From contig JBAZCA010000007.1 of NCBI GenBank assembly GCA_041671125.1, positions 1 through 48,351 on the forward strand: a stretch of 48,351 nucleotides of DNA, written 5' to 3'. Made by a program: the position numbers and the translations under genes. Source of the stretch: Patescibacteria group bacterium. GTDB lineage: Bacteria; Patescibacteriota; Patescibacteriia; Patescibacteriales; JBAZCA01. Each line of letters begins with the position of its first letter. Positions within the stretch are counted from its first letter, which is position 1. The notes under the pieces are model-generated. The model did not search any database, was not told the DNA's origin, and was given only the letters and a program-made list of their open reading frames with translations. Of this stretch, positions 1 through 8,494 are shown piece after piece.

Positions 1-1114
1 CAAAGCCCTTCCACGGGTTTAGCTGTCCCGGAGAAACTATAATTTTTCCGTCCCGGCCGTATTTCTCCTTTATGGAAGAAATAAAAGCTTCATTAAAAGG
101 ATAGCGGGAAAAATCTAAAGAGTTATAGATGACTTTTATCTTTTCCTTTTTAGCGCCAATTCTTTCTAAAACTAGGCCGATAAAATCACTCGGCGCGACT
201 ATTCTGTCCGCCTCAAGGAGAATTTTTTTTCTCCGTGCCTTTAGCTTTTCAATCTTTTTATCGTAAACCTTGTCCTGAAAATCAAGGATATAGTCCCGGG
301 TCCAGCCCGCCCGAACCGCGGTTTCCCAGGCGCTGTCGCCGACGAAGCGGACAACGTAGCTTATCCCCTTTATCTTTTTCATAAGATAAGTAAAGTATCC
401 CGCGCTGTAAACGTCCAGGGCGTAAATAACATCGGCTCGGTCGGAGAGCCGCCAGAGAGTTAAAAAATACTGGATTTGGGAAATTATTCTGACCGGCCGG
501 TTAAGTATCCGGTAAACCCTTCCAACTTCTTCCGGCCGGGTTTTTATGTGCGAATAGGTAATAATTTTTACTTCCATTCCCCGCCCCGTGAGCTCGCCGG
601 GCAGGGCTTCAAGCAAGGTCGCCGGCCCGCGGTAATCAGGCGGGTAAATTCCGGTGGCAATAAGAATTTTTAATTTTTTTTCTCCCCTATCCGCGGGAGG
701 CGCATCCTTTCCATTAAATATGGCATGCTTATATATTAAAAAACTTTCGGCGGCAATGACAATGCTTACTAAAATCTGGGCTAGGAGATACCAGATACCA
801 AAAATATCTACTACCAGATACATGCCTAAAGTATTAATTCCAAGATTAACGAGACCGACAAAAAAATACCTTCTCATCTGGGAATACATTTTTTTCCGGT
901 CGTTATCCCGAAAAGTCCAGAATTTTTGCAGGAAAAAACTAACGAAAAAAGCCGCGATAAAAGCTAAAATCGCGGAAAATAAATACCAATACCCGGCCAA
1001 GCTGGTTAAAACGTATAAGAGACCCAAATCAGTAAACGCGGCCGTTCCTCCGGAGATAATAAATTTAACAATAATCTTTCTCTTATATACCTCCCTTAAT
1101 ATTCTTAATACCAT
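1..1114 (-). CDS. GtrA-like membrane domain fused in frame to a family-4 (GT4) glycosyltransferase; 3' end runs off the window
   Basis: Own minus-strand translation. The ATG at 1112-1114, 12 nt after the ackA stop, opens MVLRILREVYKRKIIVKFIISGGTAAFTDLGLLYVLTSLAGYWYLFSAILAFIAAFFVSFFLQKFWTF... (GtrA-type, about 4 hydrophobic helices). It continues without a stop into ...KILIATGIYPPDYRGPATLLEALPGELTGRGMEVKIITY...RIVAPSDF... (GT4 N-terminal half) down to base 1. It is missing from the ORF track because it has no stop in the window. Plus-strand ORFs 476..673 and 654..1310 are its shadows. Confidence 0.7.
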   Translation of the reverse strand, partial: MVLRILREVYKRKIIVKFIISGGTAAFTDLGLLYVLTSLAGYWYLFSAILAFIAAFFVSFFLQKFWTFRDNDRKKMYSQMRRYFFVGLVNLGINTLGMYLVVDIFGIWYLLAQILVSIVIAAESFLIYKHAIFNGKDAPPADRGEKKLKILIATGIYPPDYRGPATLLEALPGELTGRGMEVKIITYSHIKTRPEEVGRVYRILNRPVRIISQIQYFLTLWRLSDRADVIYALDVYSAGYFTYLMKKIKGISYVVRFVGDSAWETAVRAGWTRDYILDFQDKVYDKKIEKLKARRKKILLEADRIVAPSDFIGLVLERIGAKKEKIKVIYNSLDFSRYPFNEAFISSIKEKYGRDGKIIVSPGQLNPWKGF

Positions 1115-1126
1115 AGGAAATTTTAA

Positions 1127-2251
1127 TCAGCCTCTTACCAATAATTTTATTTTTTTAGCGATCGCGAGCTCCTCATCCGCTTCAACGGCGATATGGGGGC
1201 ATTTTAAGAACTTCAGCTTGCGCATTACCGCGTTTCTTGTCATCGGATTGCCGGCTCCTATCCGGCCGGTAAAAATAATGCCGTCCAGCCGGCCTTCTAA
1301 AACCGCGTAGTATGAACCGATGTATTTTACCAGTCGGTAGGCGGCCATGTCAAAGGCCAGTTTGGCCGCGGAGTTACCGAGCGAAACCAGCCTTAAAAGC
1401 TCTTTGTAGTCCCCGATTCCGCCGGATACGCCCTTAATTCCCGAATTGTTATTTAGAATTTCTTCCAGACTTAGAACCGTCTCATTGTCGCCGGGTTCAG
1501 CTACGGCCGGATGGTTTCGCGACCGGCTGAAATCCATGACAACTTCCCTTTTTTTATCTTTTTCCGGCAGTTTGCCTTGCTTTAAAAGATAAAAAATAAC
1601 CCCCGGATCAATATCGCCCGACCGGGTCATCATCATTAGTCCCTCCATCGGCGTGAAACCCATGGAAACGTCAACCGGCTTGCCTTTTTTTATGGCCGCT
1701 ATTGACCAGCCGCCGCCGAGATGGCAGGTAATCAGATTAACTTTTCTTAAATCCAGCCCGAGTTTTTTTGCTCCGGCCGCGGCGGCGTATTCATGAGAAA
1801 TGCCGTGAAAGCCATAGCGCCGGATATTAAAGCGTTCGGCCAGGTCTTTTGACAAAGGATAATTTTTCGCTTCTTCCGGTAAATCCCGAAAAAATCCGGT
1901 GTCAAAAACCGCCGCCTGCGGAATCTCCGGAAGAAAGTTTATCGCCGCCCGGATGCCGGCGAGGTTATATGGGTTATGAAGCGGAGCGAGTTCATTATAT
2001 TTTTCCAGCCGAATAATATTATCGTTATTTAGAATCAGCGGTTCGTAAAAATCATCCCCTCCGTGCACTACCCGGTGGCCGACGGCCGCGAGACCCCGCA
2101 AATCGCCGATTTGCCGCAATATATCTTTTAAGGCTTTTTCATGGTTAGCCGCGCCGTCAATAATTCCGCTCTTTAAACATTCCTCCCCGCTGTCAAAAAT
2201 TTTATATTTTATTGAAGTGGAGCCCGAATTAAGGACTAAGATATTAGACAT
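1127..2251 (-). CDS. ackA: acetate kinase
   Basis: 374-aa ORF. The N-terminus MSNILVLNSGSTSIKYKIF is the canonical acetate kinase phosphate motif. FHGISHEY and ITCHLGGG are also present. It lies immediately downstream of pduL. Confidence 0.95.
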   Translation of the reverse strand: MSNILVLNSGSTSIKYKIFDSGEECLKSGIIDGAANHEKALKDILRQIGDLRGLAAVGHRVVHGGDDFYEPLILNNDNIIRLEKYNELAPLHNPYNLAGIRAAINFLPEIPQAAVFDTGFFRDLPEEAKNYPLSKDLAERFNIRRYGFHGISHEYAAAAGAKKLGLDLRKVNLITCHLGGGWSIAAIKKGKPVDVSMGFTPMEGLMMMTRSGDIDPGVIFYLLKQGKLPEKDKKREVVMDFSRSRNHPAVAEPGDNETVLSLEEILNNNSGIKGVSGGIGDYKELLRLVSLGNSAAKLAFDMAAYRLVKYIGSYYAVLEGRLDGIIFTGRIGAGNPMTRNAVMRKLKFLKCPHIAVEADEELAIAKKIKLLVRG

Positions 2252-2260
2252 AGAGGATAA

Positions 2261-2833
2261 TTAGTTATTCAACAATAATCTTCCGTAATTTTTCTTTTTC
2301 CAGATTCCGGCGGCGTTAGCTTCGTCCGTGTCAATGTGCATGGAAAGCCGAAAATTTTTCGCTACCCTGACGATCACGTTTTCAAAAACTACTCCTCTTT
2401 CGCCTTCGGTTCGCACTTTTACCTTATGCCGGTGACCGAGCCTTAATTTTTTCGCTTCTTCAGGACTCGCGTGTAAATGCCTTTGAGCGATAATTACCCC
2501 TTCGCTAATCCGGACTTTTCCTTTTGGGCCGATAAGTTCAATCCCCGGGGTGCCTTTTAAATCGCCTGACAGCCGGACCGGAGCTTTAATCCCGAGGTGA
2601 TAGGCTTCGGTGGCCGTAACCTCAAGCTGAGTCCGCGGCCGAACCGGTCCGACAACCCGAACTTTCAACGCCATTTTTTTTCCTTCAGCCATAACCGTTT
2701 CCCGGGCGGCGAATTCGCCTATTTCACTTAAAGCTTTAAATTTTTTTAACTCATAACCCCGGCCAAAAAGCCGCTCTACATCTTTTCGCGATAAATGAAC
2801 GTGCCGGGCTGAAATTTCTATGGGTATTTTCAT
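2261..2833 (-). CDS. pduL: PduL-type phosphate acyltransferase (phosphotransacetylase substitute)
   Basis: 190-aa ORF. MKIPIEISARHVHLS, VRVVGPVRPRTQLEV, IIAQRHLH and SMHIDTDEANAAG match the duplicated PduL/PTAC motifs. Confidence 0.9.
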   Translation of the reverse strand: MKIPIEISARHVHLSRKDVERLFGRGYELKKFKALSEIGEFAARETVMAEGKKMALKVRVVGPVRPRTQLEVTATEAYHLGIKAPVRLSGDLKGTPGIELIGPKGKVRISEGVIIAQRHLHASPEEAKKLRLGHRHKVKVRTEGERGVVFENVIVRVAKNFRLSMHIDTDEANAAGIWKKKNYGRLLLNN

Positions 2834-2853
2834 AAATTCTACGAATTACGAAA

Positions 2854-2933
2854 CGTCATCCTGAGCGAAGCGAAGGATCTCGTGTTTAGCGGAAATACCA
2901 TGGGATTCTTCGGCCTTCGGCCTCAGAATGACG
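2854..2933. repeat. Family A inverted-repeat element, copy 1 (GTCATCCTGAGCGAAGCGAAGGATC ... GATTCTTCGGCCTTCGGCCTCAGAATGAC)
   Basis: 80-nt imperfect palindrome between the pfkB-like stop and the pduL start. It is nearly identical to 37668-37747. Related copies lie at 16675-16752 (inverted) and 23511-23607. Confidence 0.85.
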
Positions 2934-2999
2934 GGATAAAAAAGGCGTTTCATAATTCAAAGGAATTAGTTAATTTGTGAATAATTATAATCACTTAGC

Positions 3000-3983
3000 C
3001 TATTTAAGATCTTTTCTTTTTATTAACCCCGTCTGCGCCCCGTAATGGCCGACGACTGAGGCGGTATTTTTAACCCCTAAAAACATGGCCTTTTTAATGT
3101 TCCCGGCGTAAATTTCCAATCCGGCGATAAAAGATGATCCAAAGGCGTCGCCGACGCCGGCGGTATTGATCCGCTTCTTTTCTTTTAAAATCTTCTGGTA
3201 ATAATTTTCATTTCCCGCCCGGACGCTAGCGCCGTGTTTACCGTTGGTTATTACAACAATTTTCGGCCCCCAGGAACTAATAACGCCAAGGAGGTTATTC
3301 ATATCATTTAAAAATGCGCCGCCTTTAGACGCGAAATCACCGCATGACTTAACCAGCTCAATCGCTTCGTCTTTATTGACGATAAGCGCTTCGGTTTTTT
3401 TTAAATATTTTCCCAGGGTCTTATAGCCTTTTAACAGCTGGCGGTGCCCCGGATTCCAGACGATTTTCGGCCCCTCGGCTTTAAAAATTTTTTTTAACGC
3501 ATCCTGCCACTCTCCTGACAGAGAGGTAATATAAATCCACTTGGCTTTCCCTAGAATTCTTAATTCATAATTCATAATTTTTAATTCGTCATTCGCCGCC
3601 CGGTTGGAAAAAACCACATGCTCATTTTCCTGTCCAGTAATAAGAAAAGAAAATCCGGTCTCTTTATTCCGCGAGTATTGCAGGAAGCCCGCGTCCACGC
3701 CTTCTTTTAAAAAATTATCCCTGATTCTTTTTCCCCGGTCGTCATTCCCAAGGGTTGCCAAAGCCGCCGACTTAAGCCCGAGCCGCGAAGCTGAAACCGC
3801 GACGTTTGCCGCGCCGCCGCCAAAAGTCGCGCGCGACTTATCAACTTTGATCTTCGCGCCGTATTCAAAGCAGATTAATTTCTGCCTTAAAACATCCTTT
3901 TTGTTGTCCATCAGTATTCCTTCTTTAGTGTAAAAAGTGATGTCCTCGGTCGCGCCGCCAATAGAAATTAAATCATGTTTCAT
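3000..3983 (-). CDS. PfkB-family carbohydrate kinase (ribokinase-like)
   Basis: 327-aa ORF with the N-terminal PfkB motif GGGAANVAVSASRLGL and the C-terminal motif NTAGVGDAFGSSFIAG. Confidence 0.85.
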   Translation of the reverse strand: MKHDLISIGGATEDITFYTKEGILMDNKKDVLRQKLICFEYGAKIKVDKSRATFGGGAANVAVSASRLGLKSAALATLGNDDRGKRIRDNFLKEGVDAGFLQYSRNKETGFSFLITGQENEHVVFSNRAANDELKIMNYELRILGKAKWIYITSLSGEWQDALKKIFKAEGPKIVWNPGHRQLLKGYKTLGKYLKKTEALIVNKDEAIELVKSCGDFASKGGAFLNDMNNLLGVISSWGPKIVVITNGKHGASVRAGNENYYQKILKEKKRINTAGVGDAFGSSFIAGLEIYAGNIKKAMFLGVKNTASVVGHYGAQTGLIKRKDLK

Positions 3984-4048
3984 ATAAGTAAAATAAGGTT
4001 AATTCGGGCTCTTTTCCTTATAAAATTATATCATATTTTGCATTAAAT

Positions 4049-4073
4049 AAAAAATCCCGGAAATCGGGATTTT
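4049..4073 (-). terminator. Rho-independent terminator after the ABC/DUF4340 cluster
   Basis: Minus strand reads AAAATCCCG-atttc-CGGGATTTTTT, 31 nt after the stop at 4104. The A/T flanks are symmetric, so it could act in both directions. Confidence 0.6.
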
Positions 4074-4103
4074 AATCAAAAACAGCCGCTTCTATAAAGA
4101 CTA

Positions 4104-5018
4104 TCATTTCAAATCCTCCATCTTCTTATTAAACATATCCCGTTCGGATTTAGCAATTAAATATATATTGTCACTGTCAGAGCGCTTAGCATAGTATTGG
4201 CCTTGGCTATTGTCTTTGCCGACCATAAGCGCGCCTTCAATTCCTTCGCCTTTATATTCAACGATTATCAGGTTCTTTTCTAAATCCGTGCCTTTGAAGT
4301 CCTGAGCCGGAATGACTTCAGCTCGCAGGTTAGCCAAGGCGATTAATACCGGTTCCAGTTTTTCTTCATTCGCGTCAAAAGCGGCGGGCGCCGTGCCTTT
4401 CCATTTTCCGTCTTTTTTCTCCAAAACGAATTCCCGGTCAGGGTAATGGAACCTTATTCGCTCCAGCTTATTCTTATCAAGCGACAAAATCATCCTGTCC
4501 CGCCATTCATAAGGCGAGAACGCCGCGGATAACCGGATCGGAACGGCATAACTATTATCATCGCCCTCTTTTCCGATATAAACGCCGGAGTAATCGCTGG
4601 TCATCTTGCCGATTAGAAAATTTCCAAACTCGTTCCCGCCCTGATAGAATTTTATTTCTGTTCCATATTCCTTATCTAAGTCAAAATCGCTCTTTTTATT
4701 TTTATTGGCGCTCGCGATTTCCAGACTGGCGGATTGGGCTTTTTTAAATTCGGTTTTTAAAGTCTTTATTGCTTCCGGGTCAGCGAAAAATTTTCCCTCG
4801 CCTTCCACTCTCCATCCTTCTCCTTCTTTTACCAACTTAACGGTTTTTTCTTTTCGCGCGATTTCGATTCTTTCAGCCAGGTTAATATCTATTGCCACTA
4901 AAAAATTCTTCGGCGCCCGCTTTTTCTCATCCCAATTTTTTATCGGACCGGTAAGTAAATAAGCGCCGCCGGCTAGAATGATTAATATTACTAGTAGTTT
5001 TAAATTTTTCTTAGCCAT
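4104..5018 (-). CDS. DUF4340-like membrane-anchored protein, last gene of the GldG-like ABC cluster
   Basis: 304-aa ORF with an N-terminal anchor (LKLLVILIILAGGAYLL). It occupies the position downstream of a GldG-like gene that DUF4340 proteins usually hold. Assignment is by context and general resemblance only. Confidence 0.55.
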   Translation of the reverse strand: MAKKNLKLLVILIILAGGAYLLTGPIKNWDEKKRAPKNFLVAIDINLAERIEIARKEKTVKLVKEGEGWRVEGEGKFFADPEAIKTLKTEFKKAQSASLEIASANKNKKSDFDLDKEYGTEIKFYQGGNEFGNFLIGKMTSDYSGVYIGKEGDDNSYAVPIRLSAAFSPYEWRDRMILSLDKNKLERIRFHYPDREFVLEKKDGKWKGTAPAAFDANEEKLEPVLIALANLRAEVIPAQDFKGTDLEKNLIIVEYKGEGIEGALMVGKDNSQGQYYAKRSDSDNIYLIAKSERDMFNKKMEDLK

Positions 5019-5051
5019 AATTATTATTTCTTGAATAATTCCGTGGGTAGC

Positions 5052-5165
5052 AATTCCCCTCTTGAGAGGGGTGGCCGAAGGCCGGGGTGTGTAAGGGTGG
5101 CGGGCGGAAATTCGTCATTCCAACCCACCCCGCCCCTCCGGGGCACCCCTCCGAGGAGGGGAATT
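5052..5165. repeat. GC-rich long inverted repeat (family E)
   Basis: The left arm is AATTCCCCTCTTGAGAGGGGTGGCCGAAGGCCGGGGTGTG. The reverse complement of the right arm is AATTCCCCTCCTCGGAGGGGTGCCCCGGAGGGGCGGGGTG. It fills the spacer between the gldG-like and DUF4340-like genes. Plus-strand ORF 5031..5318 is a translation artefact of it. Confidence 0.8.
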
Positions 5166-5172
5166 AAGGGGG

Positions 5173-6690
5173 TTATATTCCGCTTTCCTTTCTCCTTCTC
5201 CGCGATATATACCTCACTGCTCCCAAAGCAATCACTATGGCCGTCACCCCAAAAACATTGCCGTATCGCGCGGTGGCTTTCCCGGCTTCGGATAATTCTT
5301 TCACGGGACGGCTGGTAACGCCTTTAGAGCGGATGTTTATGAGATCCTCGTCAAGGCTTAATATGTCGGTAAGATTCTGGAACAGCGCGAGATTATCCGG
5401 CGCGTTCCTTAAAAAGCTGTCTTTTATAAAATCGCTGTCGCCAACAACGGCGATTCTTGAAGAAAAAGTCTTTCCGCTCTCGTAGGCGGACTGGAAATTC
5501 CCGGTCGCGAGAACGGCCAGGCTGTATTTTCCTCTACTACTGGCAGGAGCGGGAATATTTTGCGGACTTAAATTAAAACCGGACGCGACTTTCCAGGCTT
5601 TATCAGAGCTCATTAAGAGAAACGATACGTTTGACTCCTTACTTAACTTATCTTTAATTACATCCACGCCGGACACCCAGGGCAATACAACGGTTTCCAG
5701 GTTGGAAACCGCGGACACTTCCTTATCAAAGCCATCTTTTAAAATTTTCGGCCAATACGGATATTCAACGGAAAAAGTAATAAACCCCTGATTAAACGAG
5801 GCAATGCCCGACTGTCCGTCCAAAACCAGGTTATTTTCAACTTTTATCCCGTATTTTTCCAATAATCCTTCCAGTCCGGTAACGTTTTTTTCGGCGCTAA
5901 GCCCTTCGCCGACTTTCACTCCGTCCAGCAAAACCAGTAAATTTCCGCCACCAAAAAGAAAGCCGTCAACCGCCTTCAGCGCTTTTTCATCAAATTTTTC
6001 CGTCGGTCCGGCAATGATTAAAGTCTTAATATTTTTCGGTATTTCGCCGATTTGTTTTAAGTCAACATCTTCGGCTGAATAAATTTGCGCGAGATTCTTC
6101 GCGGCCGCGCTTCTCTCTTCCGGGGCTATGGTTCCGTAACCCGTAAGCCAGCCTAAGCCCTGAGTTTCTTTGGCCGAGGCTTTTTTTATCGCCGCCGTAA
6201 CCTGATATTCAAGATCTTCGGTTCCCTGGATTACCGGAATAACCTCGGTTTTATCGCCGTAACCGATAGTCATGCCCATGTAGCCTTCCATAATCTGGTA
6301 TTTATCTTTTTCCATGACATTAAGCTGTAAGGGTGGAATTCCGGCCGAGTAAATCCGGGATTTTAATTCTTCGTCATCCCCCGGATCAATAAATTCCACT
6401 TTTATTTTCCCCTGGCCGTAAGTTTCGTATTCGGCGAGGATGTCGGCCGTTTCCTGCCTCAGGGCGATGAACTGGGCCGGAAGATTTTCGGAAAAATACG
6501 CTTTTATATTAACAACGTCGTCAATATTTCCGACCGTCTCCCGGGAAGCTTTAGAAATTGAAAAAACGCCGGTCTCGGTTAAATCAAGCCGGTAAAAAAA
6601 CCGGTAAGAAATAAAGTTAATTACCGCCAAAATCGCGATAACGAGGATTATGGTCAGGGACTTATTCAGTTTTGTCAAAATTTTTTTCAT
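5173..6690 (-). CDS. GldG-like ABC transporter auxiliary component
   Basis: 505-aa ORF with N- and C-terminal TM anchors around a large soluble domain. LDLTETGVFSISKASRETVGNIDDVVNIKAYFS resembles the ABC_transp_aux/GldG N-terminal region. It follows the ABC-2 permease. Confidence 0.8.
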   Translation of the reverse strand: MKKILTKLNKSLTIILVIAILAVINFISYRFFYRLDLTETGVFSISKASRETVGNIDDVVNIKAYFSENLPAQFIALRQETADILAEYETYGQGKIKVEFIDPGDDEELKSRIYSAGIPPLQLNVMEKDKYQIMEGYMGMTIGYGDKTEVIPVIQGTEDLEYQVTAAIKKASAKETQGLGWLTGYGTIAPEERSAAAKNLAQIYSAEDVDLKQIGEIPKNIKTLIIAGPTEKFDEKALKAVDGFLFGGGNLLVLLDGVKVGEGLSAEKNVTGLEGLLEKYGIKVENNLVLDGQSGIASFNQGFITFSVEYPYWPKILKDGFDKEVSAVSNLETVVLPWVSGVDVIKDKLSKESNVSFLLMSSDKAWKVASGFNLSPQNIPAPASSRGKYSLAVLATGNFQSAYESGKTFSSRIAVVGDSDFIKDSFLRNAPDNLALFQNLTDILSLDEDLINIRSKGVTSRPVKELSEAGKATARYGNVFGVTAIVIALGAVRYISRRRRKESGI

Positions 6691-6692
6691 AA

Positions 6693-7421
6693 TTATTTCC
6701 TTTCCTCAATCACTTTAACATTCAGCCATAAAAACAAGGATATAAAAGATAAATAATAGAGGATGTCTCTCGTGTCAATTACGCCTTTGGCAATATTGTA
6801 AAAATGGCTGCCCAATCCGAGGAAGCGCATTATTGGCTGAATAATTTTCGGCGCTCCGGAAACGGCAAAATCGGCGCCGACGACAAAAGCGATAAAACAG
6901 GCGGCTAAAGCCAGGACAAAAGCGATGATCTGGTTGCGGGTTAAGGAAGAAATGAAAAGCCCGAGCGAGAGGTATGACCCGCCCAAAAACAGAGCGCCCA
7001 AATATCCGCCGATTACGGGGCCAAGATCAATATCGCCGAGGAACGAAATTGTTATCGGCAGGCTCAAGGATAATAAAAGGGTGATTAACAGAAACGCCAG
7101 AGCGCCAAAAAATTTCCCTAAAACCGCTTCCCTGTCTCTTATGGGCAGGGTGAGTAAAAACTCAATGGTTCCGCTTTTTCTCTCCTCGGCCCAAAGCCTC
7201 ATGGTAAGAGCGGGCGCGAAAAACAAAAACATCCAGGGGAGGAGCGAAAAATAATTCCTCATGGATGCCTGGCCGGCCAGAAAGAAGGAATTAAAGTAAA
7301 GCCAGTTACCGGCGATTAAAAAAACCGCGATAAAAATATAGGCGATGGGCGAATTGAAATACGACCACAGCTCTTTTTTAAACAGTATGAAGATGTTTTT
7401 AACAGTTTCAGTTTTGAACAT
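6693..7421 (-). CDS. ABC-2 type permease (GldF-like)
   Basis: Multi-pass membrane ORF directly after the ABC ATPase. The track start at 7436 is a TTG inside the upstream palindrome. I prefer the ATG at 7419-7421 (MFKTETVKNIF...). Confidence 0.8.
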   Translation of the reverse strand: MFKTETVKNIFILFKKELWSYFNSPIAYIFIAVFLIAGNWLYFNSFFLAGQASMRNYFSLLPWMFLFFAPALTMRLWAEERKSGTIEFLLTLPIRDREAVLGKFFGALAFLLITLLLSLSLPITISFLGDIDLGPVIGGYLGALFLGGSYLSLGLFISSLTRNQIIAFVLALAACFIAFVVGADFAVSGAPKIIQPIMRFLGLGSHFYNIAKGVIDTRDILYYLSFISLFLWLNVKVIEERK

Positions 7422-7433
7422 AAAGTCAAAGCG

Positions 7434-7522
7434 CAATGATCAATTATCAATTTCTTAATTTAAAAATTGCGTCATTGTAAAATTGAAAATTCATTGAAAA
7501 TTGATCATTGATAATTGATAAT
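7434..7522. repeat. AT-rich self-complementary spacer (word family CAATGATCAATT / AATTGATCATTG)
   Basis: CAATGATCAATT (7434-7445) pairs with AATTGATCATTG (7499-7510). The same words recur in the 34245-34345 spacer. Confidence 0.7.
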
Positions 7523-8452
7523 TTATTTCGTCAGTTCCCTAAACACGTCCTCAAGGGAAACGGATTTCCTTGAAAATTCCAGGATACTCCAGCCGCTGTT
7601 CATAATCGTCATGGACAAATATTCCCTTAAATCAACGCCGGTCTTTGGCTCAATTTCATAGCCGTAAATCTCATCCGATTCCCTGTCTTTTACTTCCGCC
7701 CGGATGACGTTTTCCATAGCCCTGATTTTTTCTAAAACCGCGTCGCGAATGCCTTTGATTTTTACGTAAATCAAATCCTTTCCGGCAAATTGGCCACGCA
7801 ATTCGTCCGGCGTCCCTTCCCCGACGATTTTTCCCTTATTAATAATCACCGCCCGACCACAAATAGCCGCCGCTTCGGCGAGGATGTGGGTGGAAAAAAT
7901 AACGGTTTTTTCTTTCCCGAGCTTCTTAATAAGTTCACGGATCTCGGCGATTTGGTTAGGATCAAGGCCTGTTGTTGGCTCGTCTAAAATCAGGATTTCC
8001 GGATCATGGATTATCGCCTGAGCGAGACCCGCCCGCTGGCGGTAACCTTTGGATAACTCGTCTACGGGGCGGTCGTAAACGTCTTTTAAGCCGCAAGACG
8101 CGACCGTTTCCCTGATCCTTTCTTTTCTCTTTTCTTTCGGAATTTTTCTTATTTCCGCGGCGAATTTTAAATACTCACTCACTTTCATGTCATCATACAA
8201 AGGAACATTTTCCGGTAAATAGCCGATTTTTTTTCTAATCTCAAGCGAGTTATCTTTTACGTCTATTCCATCAACTAAAACGCTTCCTCCAGTCGGCGAC
8301 CAAAAGGAAGTGATAATTTTCATGGTCGTGGTTTTACCGGCGCCGTTCGGTCCGAGAAAACCCAAAATCTCCCCTTTTTTCACGGAGAATGAAATATTGT
8401 CCAGGATTATGTTATCACCGAATTTTTTAGTAAGGTTTTTAATTTCAATCAT
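7523..8452 (-). CDS. ABC transporter ATP-binding protein (GldA-like)
   Basis: Walker A GPNGAGKTT, signature LSKGYRQR, Walker B ILILDEPTTGLD and H-loop STHIL. Confidence 0.95.
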   Translation of the reverse strand: MIEIKNLTKKFGDNIILDNISFSVKKGEILGFLGPNGAGKTTTMKIITSFWSPTGGSVLVDGIDVKDNSLEIRKKIGYLPENVPLYDDMKVSEYLKFAAEIRKIPKEKRKERIRETVASCGLKDVYDRPVDELSKGYRQRAGLAQAIIHDPEILILDEPTTGLDPNQIAEIRELIKKLGKEKTVIFSTHILAEAAAICGRAVIINKGKIVGEGTPDELRGQFAGKDLIYVKIKGIRDAVLEKIRAMENVIRAEVKDRESDEIYGYEIEPKTGVDLREYLSMTIMNSGWSILEFSRKSVSLEDVFRELTK

Positions 8453-8460
8453 GCGATCCG

Positions 8461-8488
8461 GTAGAGACGCGCCGCGGCGCGTCTCTAC
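8461..8488. repeat. Family D hairpin GTAGAGACGC-N8-GCGTCTCTAC
   Basis: Perfect 10-bp stem (gtagagacgc gccgcggc gcgtctctac) in the 42-nt spacer upstream of the ABC ATPase gene. The same stem sequence recurs at 47878-47909, 48055-48081 and 48241-48269. Confidence 0.85.
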
Positions 8489-8494
8489 TATTGT

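Noticed and set aside
654-1310. Plus-strand ORFs 476..673 and 654..1310
   Set aside because: They lie antisense to the uninterrupted GtrA-GT4 reading frame and to the 3' end of ackA. Their composition is shadow-like and no motif was recognised.
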